A stretch of DNA of 64,000 nucleotides from Candidatus Altimarinota bacterium (lineage in GTDB: Bacteria > Patescibacteriota > Gracilibacteria > BD1-5 > UBA2023), in NCBI GenBank assembly GCA_043771825.1, contig JAYVGV010000037.1, forward strand, positions 14,130 to 78,129, written 5' to 3'. The position numbers and the translations under genes were made by a program. Below are positions 22,519 through 33,947 of this stretch, piece after piece (the stretch's first letter is position 1; each line of letters begins with the position of its first letter). The notes beneath the pieces were generated by a model. The model was not told the DNA's origin. It did not search any database and saw only the letters and a list, made by a program, of their open reading frames with translations.

Positions 22519-24552
22519 ATGAGGTTATTGTTGGTAGTGACTCAGGAAATATGCTATGATTGTTCTATGTGATATCGATCATTTCTCATCTCGTGAGCTT
22601 TATTTCTCACGCTTTCTCCCCTTATCGTCATAGGGATTGACCCGACGACCTCATGAAGGATCATCGATAATTTTAAGCAAGAGCAATATGCTATACTCTT
22701 CGAGAATCTCCCATTTGACCAGAGTGGAGCGAGTGAAATATACGAGAAAGAGTATATCCTCAATGGCTTGGAGTGACTCCGCAAGCGACTCGAAGCTACA
22801 ACAAAGGTCTATCAGACTAGGAAATCCGCTACAACTGATAAAAAGATATCACTCGAAGAAGCAATAAATACTCTCGAGAATAGTATCGCTGATACGGTAG
22901 CAGATGCTTATAAGACTGAGAGATCTATGCAAGACAAAAATGACCGCATAGAAGAGTACCAAAATCTCTCTATCGATCTCTCGGTGCGTATAAAGAAAAA
23001 TAGAGTGACAATACTCAGCTATCTTGCTAATATTTATTCTCAGGGGGCACTCATTTTCGATGAAGAAAATAGAGTAGACATATTCCAGACACTTATCATG
23101 ACTGATACCGACAGTGATACCATATCCAATGATATCATCTATAAATCACTCGTGAGTATCCTCGGACAAAAATTCATCGAAGACTATAGAAGCCTCATGA
23201 AAGAGTATAATCTCATCCAACTCCATATACGAGATGAGGTCACTCTCCTTGAGGCAGATAGTCTTATCTTAAAAAGACAGAAGGCAACTCTCATATCACA
23301 GCGTGATTATAGAGAGCAGCTTCTCGAAGCGACTCAGTGACAAGAGCTTCTCTATGAGCGGTACATAAACGCACAAATAGATACACAGAAACAAGTAGAG
23401 ACTGCATGGAAAAATGCATCAGAGCAATATATCGTGTCGATAGAAAGTCTTCTCGAAAAAAATGGATGTAATAAGTGAAAAAAGACGGGAAAAGATATAG
23501 AAAAGTGTAGCAATATACTCTCTTTTCATAGAAATGAGCGCGCACTCAAAGATATAGAAATATCATCATGATCGACGAATATTATGTCTTGGCCTATACG
23601 TACTCCTACGAGTATATCAGCATTTTTTAAGGATACTTCTTATTTCAGAGTTGTATGATCACAGCATGATGCTATAGATATACCTATGCCTCAATGATCT
23701 GATATCTTGGCTACTATGGACGGATACGTGCACTATATACTTCCGCCAGTATCTGGAGGGTACTCCTATCTTGTTCTGAAACATCCCAATGGCTATATGA
23801 CTGTGTATGGACATCTCTCGGAGATATCAGTATTTCCCTATCAGTTTGTACGTAAGGGGGATGTCATAGCACGATCTGGAGGTGCTCCAGGTACACCTTG
23901 AGCTGGACCTATGACGACATGAGCTCACCTCCACCTCGAAGTATGGAAAGATAGAGAGTCGATCGATCCACTTCGGGTCCTCGATATTTCTATCCTCGAC
24001 TATTCGAATCTTCCATCGAGATACCAAGATAAATTCATCTCTGATATAGTAGAAAGAGTCTGAACTGGAGCTGATCTCTCAGGGTATGATCGCAAATTCA
24101 TCATCAAATGAGATACAGAAGAAGCACGCCAAAAATATCTTCTGCGTACATATGCTACTCGTGATTTCCAAAACTGGGATCTCTGGGTAGATACGGCTCT
24201 GGATGCTCGTATAGATCCGAGCTTCATCATGTGTGTATGACTTGCGGAGACGACTCTCGGTAACTATCTCAAAACTCCATATAATATAGGAAATGTCTGA
24301 AATACAGATAACGGAGATACGGCATCGTTTTCTTCGGTAAAAGAAGGTATCGCATGGATGGCATCTACATTTAATAATCGATACCTCTCGCAGTACAACT
24401 ATGTGAGTGAGCTCTCTCGATGGGGAAATCCTGACGGAGTCATATATGCTTCAAGTAATGCGAATTGGCATAATAATATTATCCGATGTATTTCTTCTCT
24501 TAAGGGAAGATTCGTAGAGGATAAATACAATTTTCGACTGAAAACTCAGTAA
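22519..24552 (+). CDS. bifunctional cell-wall hydrolase: coiled-coil + M23 peptidase + glucosaminidase/muramidase-like domain
   Basis: Track ORFs 22927..23340, 23707..23901 and 24358..24552 share a frame with only TGAs between them. M23 motifs: [68 protein letters not shown]. C-terminal CVGLAETTLGNYLKTPYNIGNVGN...YASSNANWHNN resembles the FlgJ/glucosaminidase fold. Start ATG 22519; ATG 22495 or 22567 are possible. Confidence 0.8.
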
Positions 24553-24660
24553 CAATCCATTTCTAGATGTAGACTTTTTTAAAAAATCTGTCTATGAGAT
24601 GAATACAAATCTGTACACATCTTTTATACGAGACGTCTAGTGATTTTTCTTTATCTTCCC

Positions 24661-24688
24661 TTGATAAAGCTAATACCGTCTATATAAT
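24661..24688 (+). promoter_or_regulatory. sigma70-like promoter of fibre cassette 1
   Basis: TTGATA (24661-24666), 16-nt spacer, TATAAT (24683-24688), 25 nt upstream of ATG 24713. Confidence 0.5.
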
Positions 24689-24712
24689 CTTTGTATCTTT
24701 TTCTTTATTTCC

Positions 24713-26062
24713 ATGCTGAAGGCTCGACAATTTCTGTTTCCTGCTTTTCTTCTCTTAGCACTCACTGGGATTATCTATGTCCTCTCGGCTTCTGAAGAGA
24801 CCCTGCTCTCTAAGAATTATGGTAATCCCCATGTTGTAGGCATTTTCAATACATGAGGGAATGCTGGCATGATATCTTTTGATGATGTGCCATATGGATA
24901 CTCAGGAGCTCAAGTGATATGATATGGAAGTACTGTTGTGACATTGACGGGTATATTTTGGATGGAGACGACTGGGTGGGCAACTTTCTCTGAGAGTCAA
25001 GTCACGATGATACCGCCAGTCTCATGAGATAACATCCGTGATCCCTGGTATCTCTCTGGATATGCCTGGAGTCCGAATGCTGGCTGGATCGCACTCAATC
25101 ACGGAGAGTCGTATGCATCAGGTGTAGCTTTCATGCCTGACATCAGTCAGCTCGTATGATATGGCTATAGTGAGAATCTTGGTTGGATACCCTTCTGAGA
25201 ATATTCTGGTTCTGGTATTGCTGTAAATATGAGTGATTGATTCATCTGAAAGGTATCGATCGCAGGGAGTATAGGATGATCCAAAACTTTCAATGTCCTC
25301 TATGATGTAGGAGGATCTTTTAATACTGTCTCCATGACAGCATTCGTGAATCTGGTGCGTAAAAATATCACGATACTGCTACGAAATGCAGGATCAAAGA
25401 TCAATACAAATCTCAGTGGACTCTGAGCTCAGTCATTCAATAAATCAATGATATTTCGAACGGAAAATAACCCGACATCAACATTTGTAAAATATTCAGA
25501 TATTAAAAATGCCTTCAACTTCGATCTCTCACGGAGCCTGATAGTGATAGGGGCTGACATATATATCGATGTAGATGCTCCAAATGCTATCTGATCCTCT
25601 CGAGCGATCATCGCTCTGAAAAATGAAAAAGGTGAATGAGGAAATATCTATATTGATGGATCGGTGAAGATTATAGAGTCAGTACTTTTTTCGGAGAGAT
25701 CTATCATATCTTGAGCAGAGTTTATCACGGGTTCACTCTCTTCATACTATGTCTCGAAGAAATCCGTATTTCTCGATATTCCACGGAACCAACTCTATAT
25801 CAAGTGAGCTATCTGAGGATTCAATACTATAGGCTGAAGCTCGAAAGATGATGGTGCTGTCTGTCCATATCTCAGTGATAACTCGATCTTATGTAGCTAT
25901 GATAACGCTATCAAATATGATTGGAACTATTTCCGTATATACAACTGATCTCCCGCCCGACGAGCCTACCCAAATAGCTCGAAAGATGCATTCTCCGTCA
26001 TCATAGAGTACGACCCTCGTATCGTCCAAGATCCACCTCCAGGACTGGAGACTCTCAACTAA
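24713..26062 (+). CDS. 449-aa secreted GW-motif protein, partner of fibre protein 1
   Basis: ATG 24713 to TAA 26060-26062. I checked every line in this frame: about 17 TGAs, no TAA/TAG. Signal/TM FLFPAFLLLALTGIIYVL. Repeated GWATF / AGWIAL / LGWIPF motifs. Ends ...VIIEYDPRIVQDPPPGLETLN. Paralog of 40240..41589, with identical length. Confidence 0.75.
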
Positions 26063-26117
26063 TAGCCTTCTCATCGAAGTGACAGTCCCTCTTCGTATAC
26101 TCCTTATTTTTCCTACT

Positions 26118-29100
26118 ATGTCTTTCTTTCGTATACCATTCATCGTTGTTCTACTTTCATTGAGTAATGTAGCTATGACAGGAGCTGTAAGCTATCCATC
26201 TACAGGTCCTGCAGGAAGCTATTCAGGATGAAGCTTTGGGACATACCTCCAGAACTTGATCACCAATCCTTGTCCTCTATGACAAGTGATGACAAGTTTT
26301 AGTACATGAAGTTCTGACTATGGTAGACCCAATTGTGTATTTGCTTCACTTCCACCATGAGTATTTGGCAATACCGTATACTATAATGGTAGCTCATGGG
26401 TAGCGAGTAACGTCATATATAATGATGCTGTCAATGTCGGTATCTGACTCGGGGGATTAGTGCCACAAGCAAGACTAGAAGTAGGCTGAGGAGTGAAGAT
26501 CGCTGGTGATACCGCTCTCTGCAATACCGGGAAAGCCGGTACTATACGATATAATGGTACGAATGTCGATTATTGTAATGGTACAACTTGGTGATCTCTC
26601 GGATGATCAGGAGGATGGTGACTCACGGGAAATGGGGGAACAAATTCAGGAACCAACTTCCTCGGAACGACAGATAATATCGATCTCGTATTCAGACGCA
26701 ACAATATCGAAGGGATGCGTCTCTCTGGTGCGAGTGGCAATCTCGTGACGACTGTAGATGCCACGATCAATGGAGTGATAGTAGGACGAGGAGGAGGGAA
26801 TATTGATACCAACACCGCGAATGGATCGGGTGCTCTCTTCTCCAACACCACAGGAGATAGCAATACCGCGAATGGAGTCGCTGCTCTCTATTCCAACACC
26901 ACAGGAATCTACAACACCGCAAATGGAGCCTTTACTCTCCAAAACAACATCACGGGAAGCTTTAATACCGCGAATGGAGCCTCCGCTCTCATCAGCAACA
27001 TCACAGGTAGCGACAACACCGCAAATGGACATGGCGCATTAGGAAATAATACTACTGGAAACTCCAACACCGCGAATGGACTGAGCGCATTAGTACGTAA
27101 CACCACTGGAACCAACAACACCGCGAATGGAGTCTTTGCTCTCTTCTTCCACACCACGGGAACCGGCAACACCGCGAATGGATTTCGGGCTCTCTACAAC
27201 AACATCACGGGAAACTTTAATACTGCACTTGGGAGCTCTGCAGGATCCGCTATTACCACTGGTTCATCGAATATTGCCATAGGATACAATGCTCAGGTAG
27301 CGTCTCCTACCGGATCGAATCAGCTCTCTATCGGGAACTGGATCTATGGAAGTGGTGGGAATATCGGTATCGGTACCTCTACTCCATGAGCTCGGCTCGA
27401 AGTGGCAGGACAAGTGAAGATCACAGGTGGTTCTCCATGAATTGGAAAAGCCCTAATCTCAGATGCTACAGGTCTCGCAAGCTGGCAGACTCCAAGTGGT
27501 GGCAGTGGCTGTATACCGAGTGGAACGGGTGCAGATAATACTTGTCTTTGAACAGGGGCTTTACAACTCAATACAATTGGAACACTAAATACAGCGATAG
27601 GGAATCAAACATTGAGTAAAAATACTACTGGTTTTATAAATACATCAATTGGTGATAGAGCCTTACGAGATATGACAATAGGTGATTCAAATACTGCTAT
27701 CGGATGATGATCTATGAAACTTAATGTTTCTTGAACGAATAACACAGCAGTATGAGCAAATTCTTTAGTCAACCATACTTCAGGCAATAAAAATGCTGCA
27801 TTTGGTGAATATACTCTCAACGCTCTTACGAGTGGTAATGCAAATATTGCCATCGGTAGTGCAGCTTTCTATACTCTGACTTCAGGTTCAGATAATATAG
27901 CTCTTTGAGCAAATTCTACCTTAACTGTAGGTTCCAATAATATCGCTATAGGGAATAATCTTGCTTTAGCATCTTGATCAATAAACAAACTCAATATCGG
28001 TAATTGGATCTATGGAAGTGGGTGAAATATCGGTATTGGTACTTCTACTCCATCCGAAAAACTCGAAGTGGCTGGAGGAGATGCTATCATCTATGGAGTG
28101 AGAGTAGGAAGAGGAAGTGGGGCTATTGCTACGAATACAGCAGTAGGATCTGGTGCTCTCTTCTCCAACACCACAGGATTCTATAACACCGCGAATGGAG
28201 GGAGTGCTCTCGGCTCCAACACCACAGGATTCTATAACACCGCGAATGGAGGCATTGCTCTCTACTCCAACACCACTGGGGGCTGGAATACCGCGAATGG
28301 ACTCAATGCTCTCTACTCCAACACCACGGGATGGTATAACACCGCGAATGGAGCCTCTGCTCTCCAGAACAATACCACGGGAGAATTCAACACCGCACTC
28401 GGCTCTCAGGCAGGATCAGGTATCACTACTGGATCATCGAATATTGCCATAGGATACGGTTCTCAGGTAGCATCTGCTACTGGATCGAATCAGCTCTCTA
28501 TCGGGAACTGGATCTATGGAAGTGGTGGGAATATCGGTATCGGTACTGCTACTCCATGAGCTCGGCTCGAAGTAGCAGGACAAGTGAAGATTACTTGAGG
28601 TGCACCCTGAGTGAATAAAGTCCTCATCTCAGATGCTACAGGTCTCGCGAGTTGGCAGACGGTGCCAGCATCAACGAGCTCATGGAATATCCTCGGAAAT
28701 AGTGGTACCGTCGCAGGTACCAACTTCCTCGGAACCACGGATAATATCGATCTCGTATTTAAGACGAATAATATAGAACAAGCAAGATTGTATGCTTCTA
28801 ATACCGGTGGCATATCTCTCTGAAAGTCAAATAATAGCGTGACTACTGATAGATCATATATAATCGGTGATACCAATACTCTCAGTGGTTCATTTGGCTT
28901 TATATTTTGAAGATCGAATACTCTGGTAGGCGTAGGTGCAGATATGATACTCTGATACAATAATCAGCTTACTACATCATATGGTCTAGTGAATGTCATC
29001 GGATCAAATAATGTCAAAACGGGATCATGGGGAACTGTCATATGAAGATGAAATACTGTCACGGGTGGTGATAGTACGATAGTGATGTGAGAATCAAACT

Positions 29101-32100
29101 CTATAACAGGACATAATGCTATCGTCATGGGAAACGGGAATAATGCGCCGTATAATAATGACACGATAATCTATGGAAATGCGAACTCTCTCGACACAAA
29201 TATACATTATAATGTACTGAATGGTATATCGAATAAGGCAACTACCAATGGTTGAATGGGATGACGTATAGCATATGGTATAGCCAATAGCTCCCAACAA
29301 GGCTGAGCTATAACTATAGGATCATATAATACAGGATCAGCATCCAATGCTATAGCTATAGGATCACGTATCGATAATAACATCGCAAACTCAGTACAAA
29401 TAGGTCCAAATGATGCTTCGAAAATCACTATCCTTTCTTGATGACAGATGGGTATCGGTACTTCTACTCCATCAGCTCTACTCACGGTCTCAGGTTCGGC
29501 ACTCATCACGAGTGACCTCACAGTCCAAGGGAAGGTGATCTCTGATACCTTCGTGAATCGTACCGTGAATAATGTCACGATCTCAGGATCCCTCCTGCCT
29601 GATCTCGCAGCTCCTCTCGCTTACCGTGATATCGGAAATAATACGACGCAGAGCTGGAACAATCTCTATCTCTCTGGTCAGGTGACTATCAAGGGTGGCG
29701 CTCCCTGAGTAAACAAGTTTCTCACCTCAGATGCTACTGGTCTCGCGAGTTGGCAGACAGTGCCAGCTTCTCTGAACTCATGGAATATCCTCGGAAATAG
29801 TGGTACCGTCGCAGGTACCAACTTCCTCGGAACGACAGATAATATCGATCTCGTATTCAGACGCAACAATATAGAGGGGATGCGTCTCTCTGGATCGAGT
29901 GGCAATCTCGTGACGACTGTAGATGCCACGATCAATGGTATAACCGTAGGAAGAGGAGGTGGCGCGATAGCAACCAATACTGCTGTCGGGTCTGGTGCAC
30001 TTCAGGCTAACACCACAGGAAGCAACAACACCGCGAATGGAGCTAATGCTCTCTCCTCCAACACCGATGGATCCAACAACACCGCGAATGGAGCTAGTGT
30101 CCTCGCCTTCAACACCACGGGATACTCCAACACCGCGAATGGACATTCTGCTCTCTACTCCAACACCACGGGATACTATAACACGGCGAATGGCGTCTCT
30201 GCTCTCTACTCCAACACCACTGGGGGCTGGAATACCGCGAATGGATCCCTTGCTCTCCAGTCCAACACCACAGGAAGCAACAACACCGCGAATGGAATAC
30301 AGGCTCTCCTCTCCAACACCACGGGATACTGGAATACCGCGAATGGAGAGGGTGCTCTCCTCTCCAACACCACAGGAAACAGCAATACCGCGAATGGAAG
30401 GTATGCCCTTGCTAACACCACAGGAAATAGCAACATCGCACTTGGGATTGCTGCAGGATCGACTATCACCACTGGATCATCGAATATCGCTATCGGTAAT
30501 GCTGCACAAGTAGCATCTGCTACCGGATCCAATCAGCTCTCTATCGGGAACTGGATCTACGGAACGAGTGGGAATATCGGTATCGGTACCGCGACTCCAT
30601 GAGCTCGGCTCGAAGTCGCAGGACAAGTGAAGATAACTGGTGGTACTCCTGGTCTCGGTAAGATCCTCATCTCAGATGCTACAGGTCTCGCAACATGGCA
30701 GACCCCAATGGCTTCTCTATCAGGATCGTTCTGGTCTCTCCTTGGAAATAGTGGTACGGTCGCAGGTACCAACTTCCTCGGAACGACAGATAATATCGAT
30801 CTCGTATTCAGACGCAACAATATAGAGGGTATACGTCTCTCTGGTGCGAGTGGGAACCTCGTCACTATAGTAGATGCTACGATCAATGGTGTAAGAGTGG
30901 GAAGAGGAGGAGGGAATATAGGGAGTAATACCGCGAATGGATCGGGTGCTCTCTCCTCCAACACCACGGGAACCTCCAATACTGCGAATGGAATACAGGC
31001 TCTCTGGCTCAACACCACAGGCTTCAATAACACCGCGAATGGAGCCGTTGCTCTCGCCTACAACACCACGGGAACCTCCAATACCGCGAATGGAGTGCAG
31101 GCTCTCTGGCTCAATACAACAGGCCTCAACAATACCGCGAATGGAGCGCAGGCTCTCCGGTCCAACACCACGGGAAACTGGAATACCGCGAATGGACATT
31201 CTGCTCTCTACTCCAACACCACGGGATACTATAACACGGCGAATGGCGTCTCTGCTCTCTACTCCAACACTACAGGAATCTATAACACCGCGAATGGATC
31301 CCTTGCTCTCTACTCCAACACCACAGGCTTCAATAACACCGCGAATGGAGCGCAGGCTCTCTATTTCAATACGAGTGGATCCAATAATACGGCGAATGGT
31401 CAGAGTACTCTTGCCTTCAACACCACGGGAGTCGGCAACACCGCGAATGGAATACAGGCTCTCTATTCCAATACGTCTGGAAGTGCTAATGCCGCGAATG
31501 GTGCTAGCGCTCTCTTCTCCAACACCACTGGAAGTGGTAATACAGCGAATGGAGCCAATGCCCTCTACTTCAACACCACTGGAAACTTCAATACCGCGAA
31601 TGGAGTGCAGGCTCTCCAGTCCAACACCACTGGATCGGATAATGTGGCGAATGGAGTCTCTGCTCTCCGCTTCAATACCACGGGAACCGGTAATACAGCG
31701 AATGGATCCCTTGCTCTCTACTCCAACACCACTGGGGGCTGGAATACCGCGAATGGACTCAATGCTCTCTACTCCAACACCACGGGATGGTATAACACCG
31801 CGAATGGTGGAGGTGCTCTCAATTCCAACACCACGGGAAACTTCAACACCGCACTTGGACTCTTTGCAGGCAACCTTATCACCACAGGATCATCGAATAT
31901 TGCTATAGGCTACGGTTCTCAGGTAGCGTCTCCTACCGGATCGAATCAGCTCTCTATCGGGAACTGGATCTATGGAAGTGGTGGGGATATCGGTATGGGT
32001 ACCTCTACTCCATGAGCTCGGCTCGAAGTCGCAGGACAAGTGAAAATCACAGGTGGTTCTCCATGAATTGGAAAAGCCCTAATCTCAGATGCTACAGGTC

Positions 32101-33296
32101 TCGCAAGCTGGGGAACTCCTATCAACTGTACAGCATCTGGAAGTGGGCTCAATAATATTTGTTATGGTACCTTCTCCCTACAAAATAATACTACAGGACA
32201 AAATAATGTCGCCTATGGAAACGAGGCACTCAGAAATAATAACGGAGGAAGTGCGAATGTGTCCCTCTGATATGGGTCTATGTACTACAATACGAGTGGA
32301 TCGAGCAATGTGGGAATCGGTGTATATGCTCTCAATAGTAATACTACTGGTGTTGCGAATGTCGGTATCGGTCCAGATAGTCTTGCATATGCAAGTACAG
32401 TGAGCTATAATATCGCTTTGGGAAGTTCTTCACAGAAAGAAAATAGATCTTGAAACAATAACGTAGCAGTAGGTGCAGAAGCTCTCAGGCTTAACTTCAC
32501 TGGATCCTTTAATTCAGCATTTGGAAATGCAGCAGCTACTCAGATGCAGTCCACTGCAAGTAGTTTTGTAGAATGAAATAATGCGTTTGGAGCCTATGCT
32601 CTCCAAGGAGGAAGTAGTACAGGTAGTCTCAATACTGGATATGCTAATTCGGCATTTGGTAACTATGCCCTTCTCGGAACCACAGGAACTCCGACTACAG
32701 GATTCCAGAATTCAGGATTTGGTAATACTTCTCTTCAGACAGTGACAAGTGGATCCAATAATGTCTGAGTAGGATATGGAGCAGGGAATGGACTCACTTC
32801 AGGATCCAACAATATCTTTATCGGTGCCAATATCGTTCCCGTCTCAAATACTGCTTCAGATCAGCTCTCTATTGGGAACTGGATTTATGGAAGTGGGTGA
32901 AATATAGGTATCGGAGTATCTAGTCCAACACAAAAACTCCACGTGAATGGAAATGTCCTTGCTGATGCATTCCTCTACGTATCTGATGCTCGCATGAAGC
33001 AAGACGTGACAGGTATAGAGAATGCTGATGATATACTCACGAAACTTCAGGGAGTGCGATTTGTCTGGAAAGCAGATGGTCGAGCGGATATAGGATTTAT
33101 CGCTCAGGAAGTAGAGAAGGTACTTCCTGACCTTGTCCATACTGATAGTACTGGCATGAAGAGTGTCGAATATGGGAATATCATCCCAGTTCTTGTCGAA
33201 GGATATAAGTCAGAAAAATCTCGTGCTGATCTACTCGAATCTCGAATGGACACACTTGAGGCCCGACTCCAATCCCTTGAATCTGCTAATAAATAA
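26118..33296 (+). CDS. giant modular tail-fibre-like surface protein 1 (2392 aa) with C-terminal Peptidase_S74 chaperone domain
   Basis: Track ORFs 26715, 28068, 28611, 29448, 29760, 30627 and 32943 are all in the frame of ATG 26118. I read the gaps between them codon by codon and found only TGA. TAA at 33294-33296. Signal peptide MSFFRIPFIVVLLSLSNVAMTG. About seven modules, each ending NQLSIGNWIYGSGGNIGIGTSTPGARLEVAGQVKITGG.PG.GK.LISDATGLASWQT. Four arrays of 17-aa SNTTG..NTANG..AL repeats. C-terminus VSDARMKQDV...RFVWK...IGFIAQEVEKVLPDLV...VEYGNIIPVLVEG plus a coiled coil. Confidence 0.85.
26800..27235 (+). repeat. 51-nt (17-codon) tandem coding repeats, array 1 of fibre gene 1
   Basis: TCCAACACCACAGGA recurs at 26841 and 26892 (51-nt period). 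About 8 units of SNTTGxxNTANGxxAL[YF]. Confidence 0.8.
27294..27485 (+). repeat. 192-nt module-junction repeat, copy A
   Basis: Matches 31920..32111 with 4 mismatches by my alignment. Shorter, related copies at about 28492-28590 and 30525-30645. Confidence 0.85.
28149..28402 (+). repeat. 51-nt tandem coding repeats, array 2
   Basis: About 5 units: ALFSNTTGFYNTANGGSALGSNTTGFYNTANGGIALYSNTTGGWNTANG... Confidence 0.8.
29990..30440 (+). repeat. 51-nt tandem coding repeats, array 3
   Basis: About 9 units: ALQANTTGSNNTANGANALSSNTDGSNNTANG... Confidence 0.8.
30930..31865 (+). repeat. 51-nt tandem coding repeats, array 4 (longest)
   Basis: About 18 units. Almost free of stop codons in several frames on both strands, which explains track ORFs 30937..31908(+) and 30720..31199(-). 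Confidence 0.8.
31920..32111 (+). repeat. 192-nt module-junction repeat, copy D
   Basis: Direct repeat of 27294..27485. The offset is 4626 nt (3 x 1542), so the copies are in the same reading frame. Confidence 0.85.
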
Positions 33297-33304
33297 CTAA
33301 AATT

Positions 33305-33796
33305 ATGAAAAATAGATATCATCCCATCCACTATGTACTTGTTGTATCCATCTTAGGAGTACTTGCTCATTATATTATCGCTTTTGCAATAGTTGATGAG
33401 TGAAGAACACTTCAGAGTTTTACTTTACCAGGAGGAGCAATATCAACATCATTTCAGTCACTTCAAAATGGTTGGAGGAATAATGGTATAGAGACTTTTG
33501 ATATCACTACTCCTGAAGCGTGCTATACTATAAATGTAAGTGATACACGAAACTTCTTCATACCTACGAGGACACTCCAGGAATGGACAAGGTTTAAAAT
33601 CGCAGGATTAAATACGATAACGCCTTATACTTGCTGATCAACATGTGATATCAATAGTGGTCCTGTGATGTCAGAGGTAGTATGTCCACCTAAAGAGATG
33701 TGTACATTTGGTATTAAGTGTATACAATATGCAAATGAATGTCAAATGATAGCAGCATGATGAACTGTCGGCCCAAACTGTCAGCTAGCTATTTAA
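33305..33796 (+). CDS. small Cys-rich membrane-anchored protein (163 aa)
   Basis: ATG 33305, 9 nt after the fibre-1 stop, to TAA 33794-33796, with four in-frame TGAs. TM helix YVLVVSILGVLAHYIIAFAIV. C-terminus has 8 Cys (TPYTCGSTCDINSGPVMSEVVCPPKEMCTFGIKCIQYANECQ). No family recognised. Confidence 0.55.
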
Positions 33797-33846
33797 GAAA
33801 ATTGATTCATTTTAAATTAAAATTCTATAATTTATAGGATTTTAAT

Positions 33847-33945
33847 TTATAGGAGTTCTATATTTCTATACTTCTCTTCGAGCTTCGTAAGTTCACTCTC
33901 AGCTAAGTATATCTTCTCTATCTCGATTCGTATGACTTTCTTTTC
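33847..33945 (-). pseudogene. degenerate duplicate of the valS 3' end
   Basis: The reverse strand encodes EKKVIRIEIEKIYLAESELTKLEEKYRNIELL-TAA. The true ValRS tail (34284-34385) reads [34 protein letters not shown]. About 70% nucleotide identity by eye. No upstream coding continuity. Confidence 0.45.
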
Positions 33946-33947
33946 CC

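Noticed and set aside
26800-31865. Regularly spaced repeats could be a CRISPR array.
   Set aside because: The units are contiguous 51-nt tandem repeats without unique spacers. They lie in frame inside a coding sequence, and no cas genes are present.
26646-31908. Long alternative-frame and antisense ORFs over the fibre-1 repeat arrays, e.g. 30937..31908(+) 323 aa, 29995..30513(+), 30720..31199(-), 30557..31033(-) and 26646..27032(-).
   Set aside because: They are low-complexity read-throughs of a 51-nt repeat (Pro/Arg/Met/Ser-rich) that happens to lack stops. Only the frame of ATG 26118 is continuous for 7.2 kb and encodes recognisable domains.
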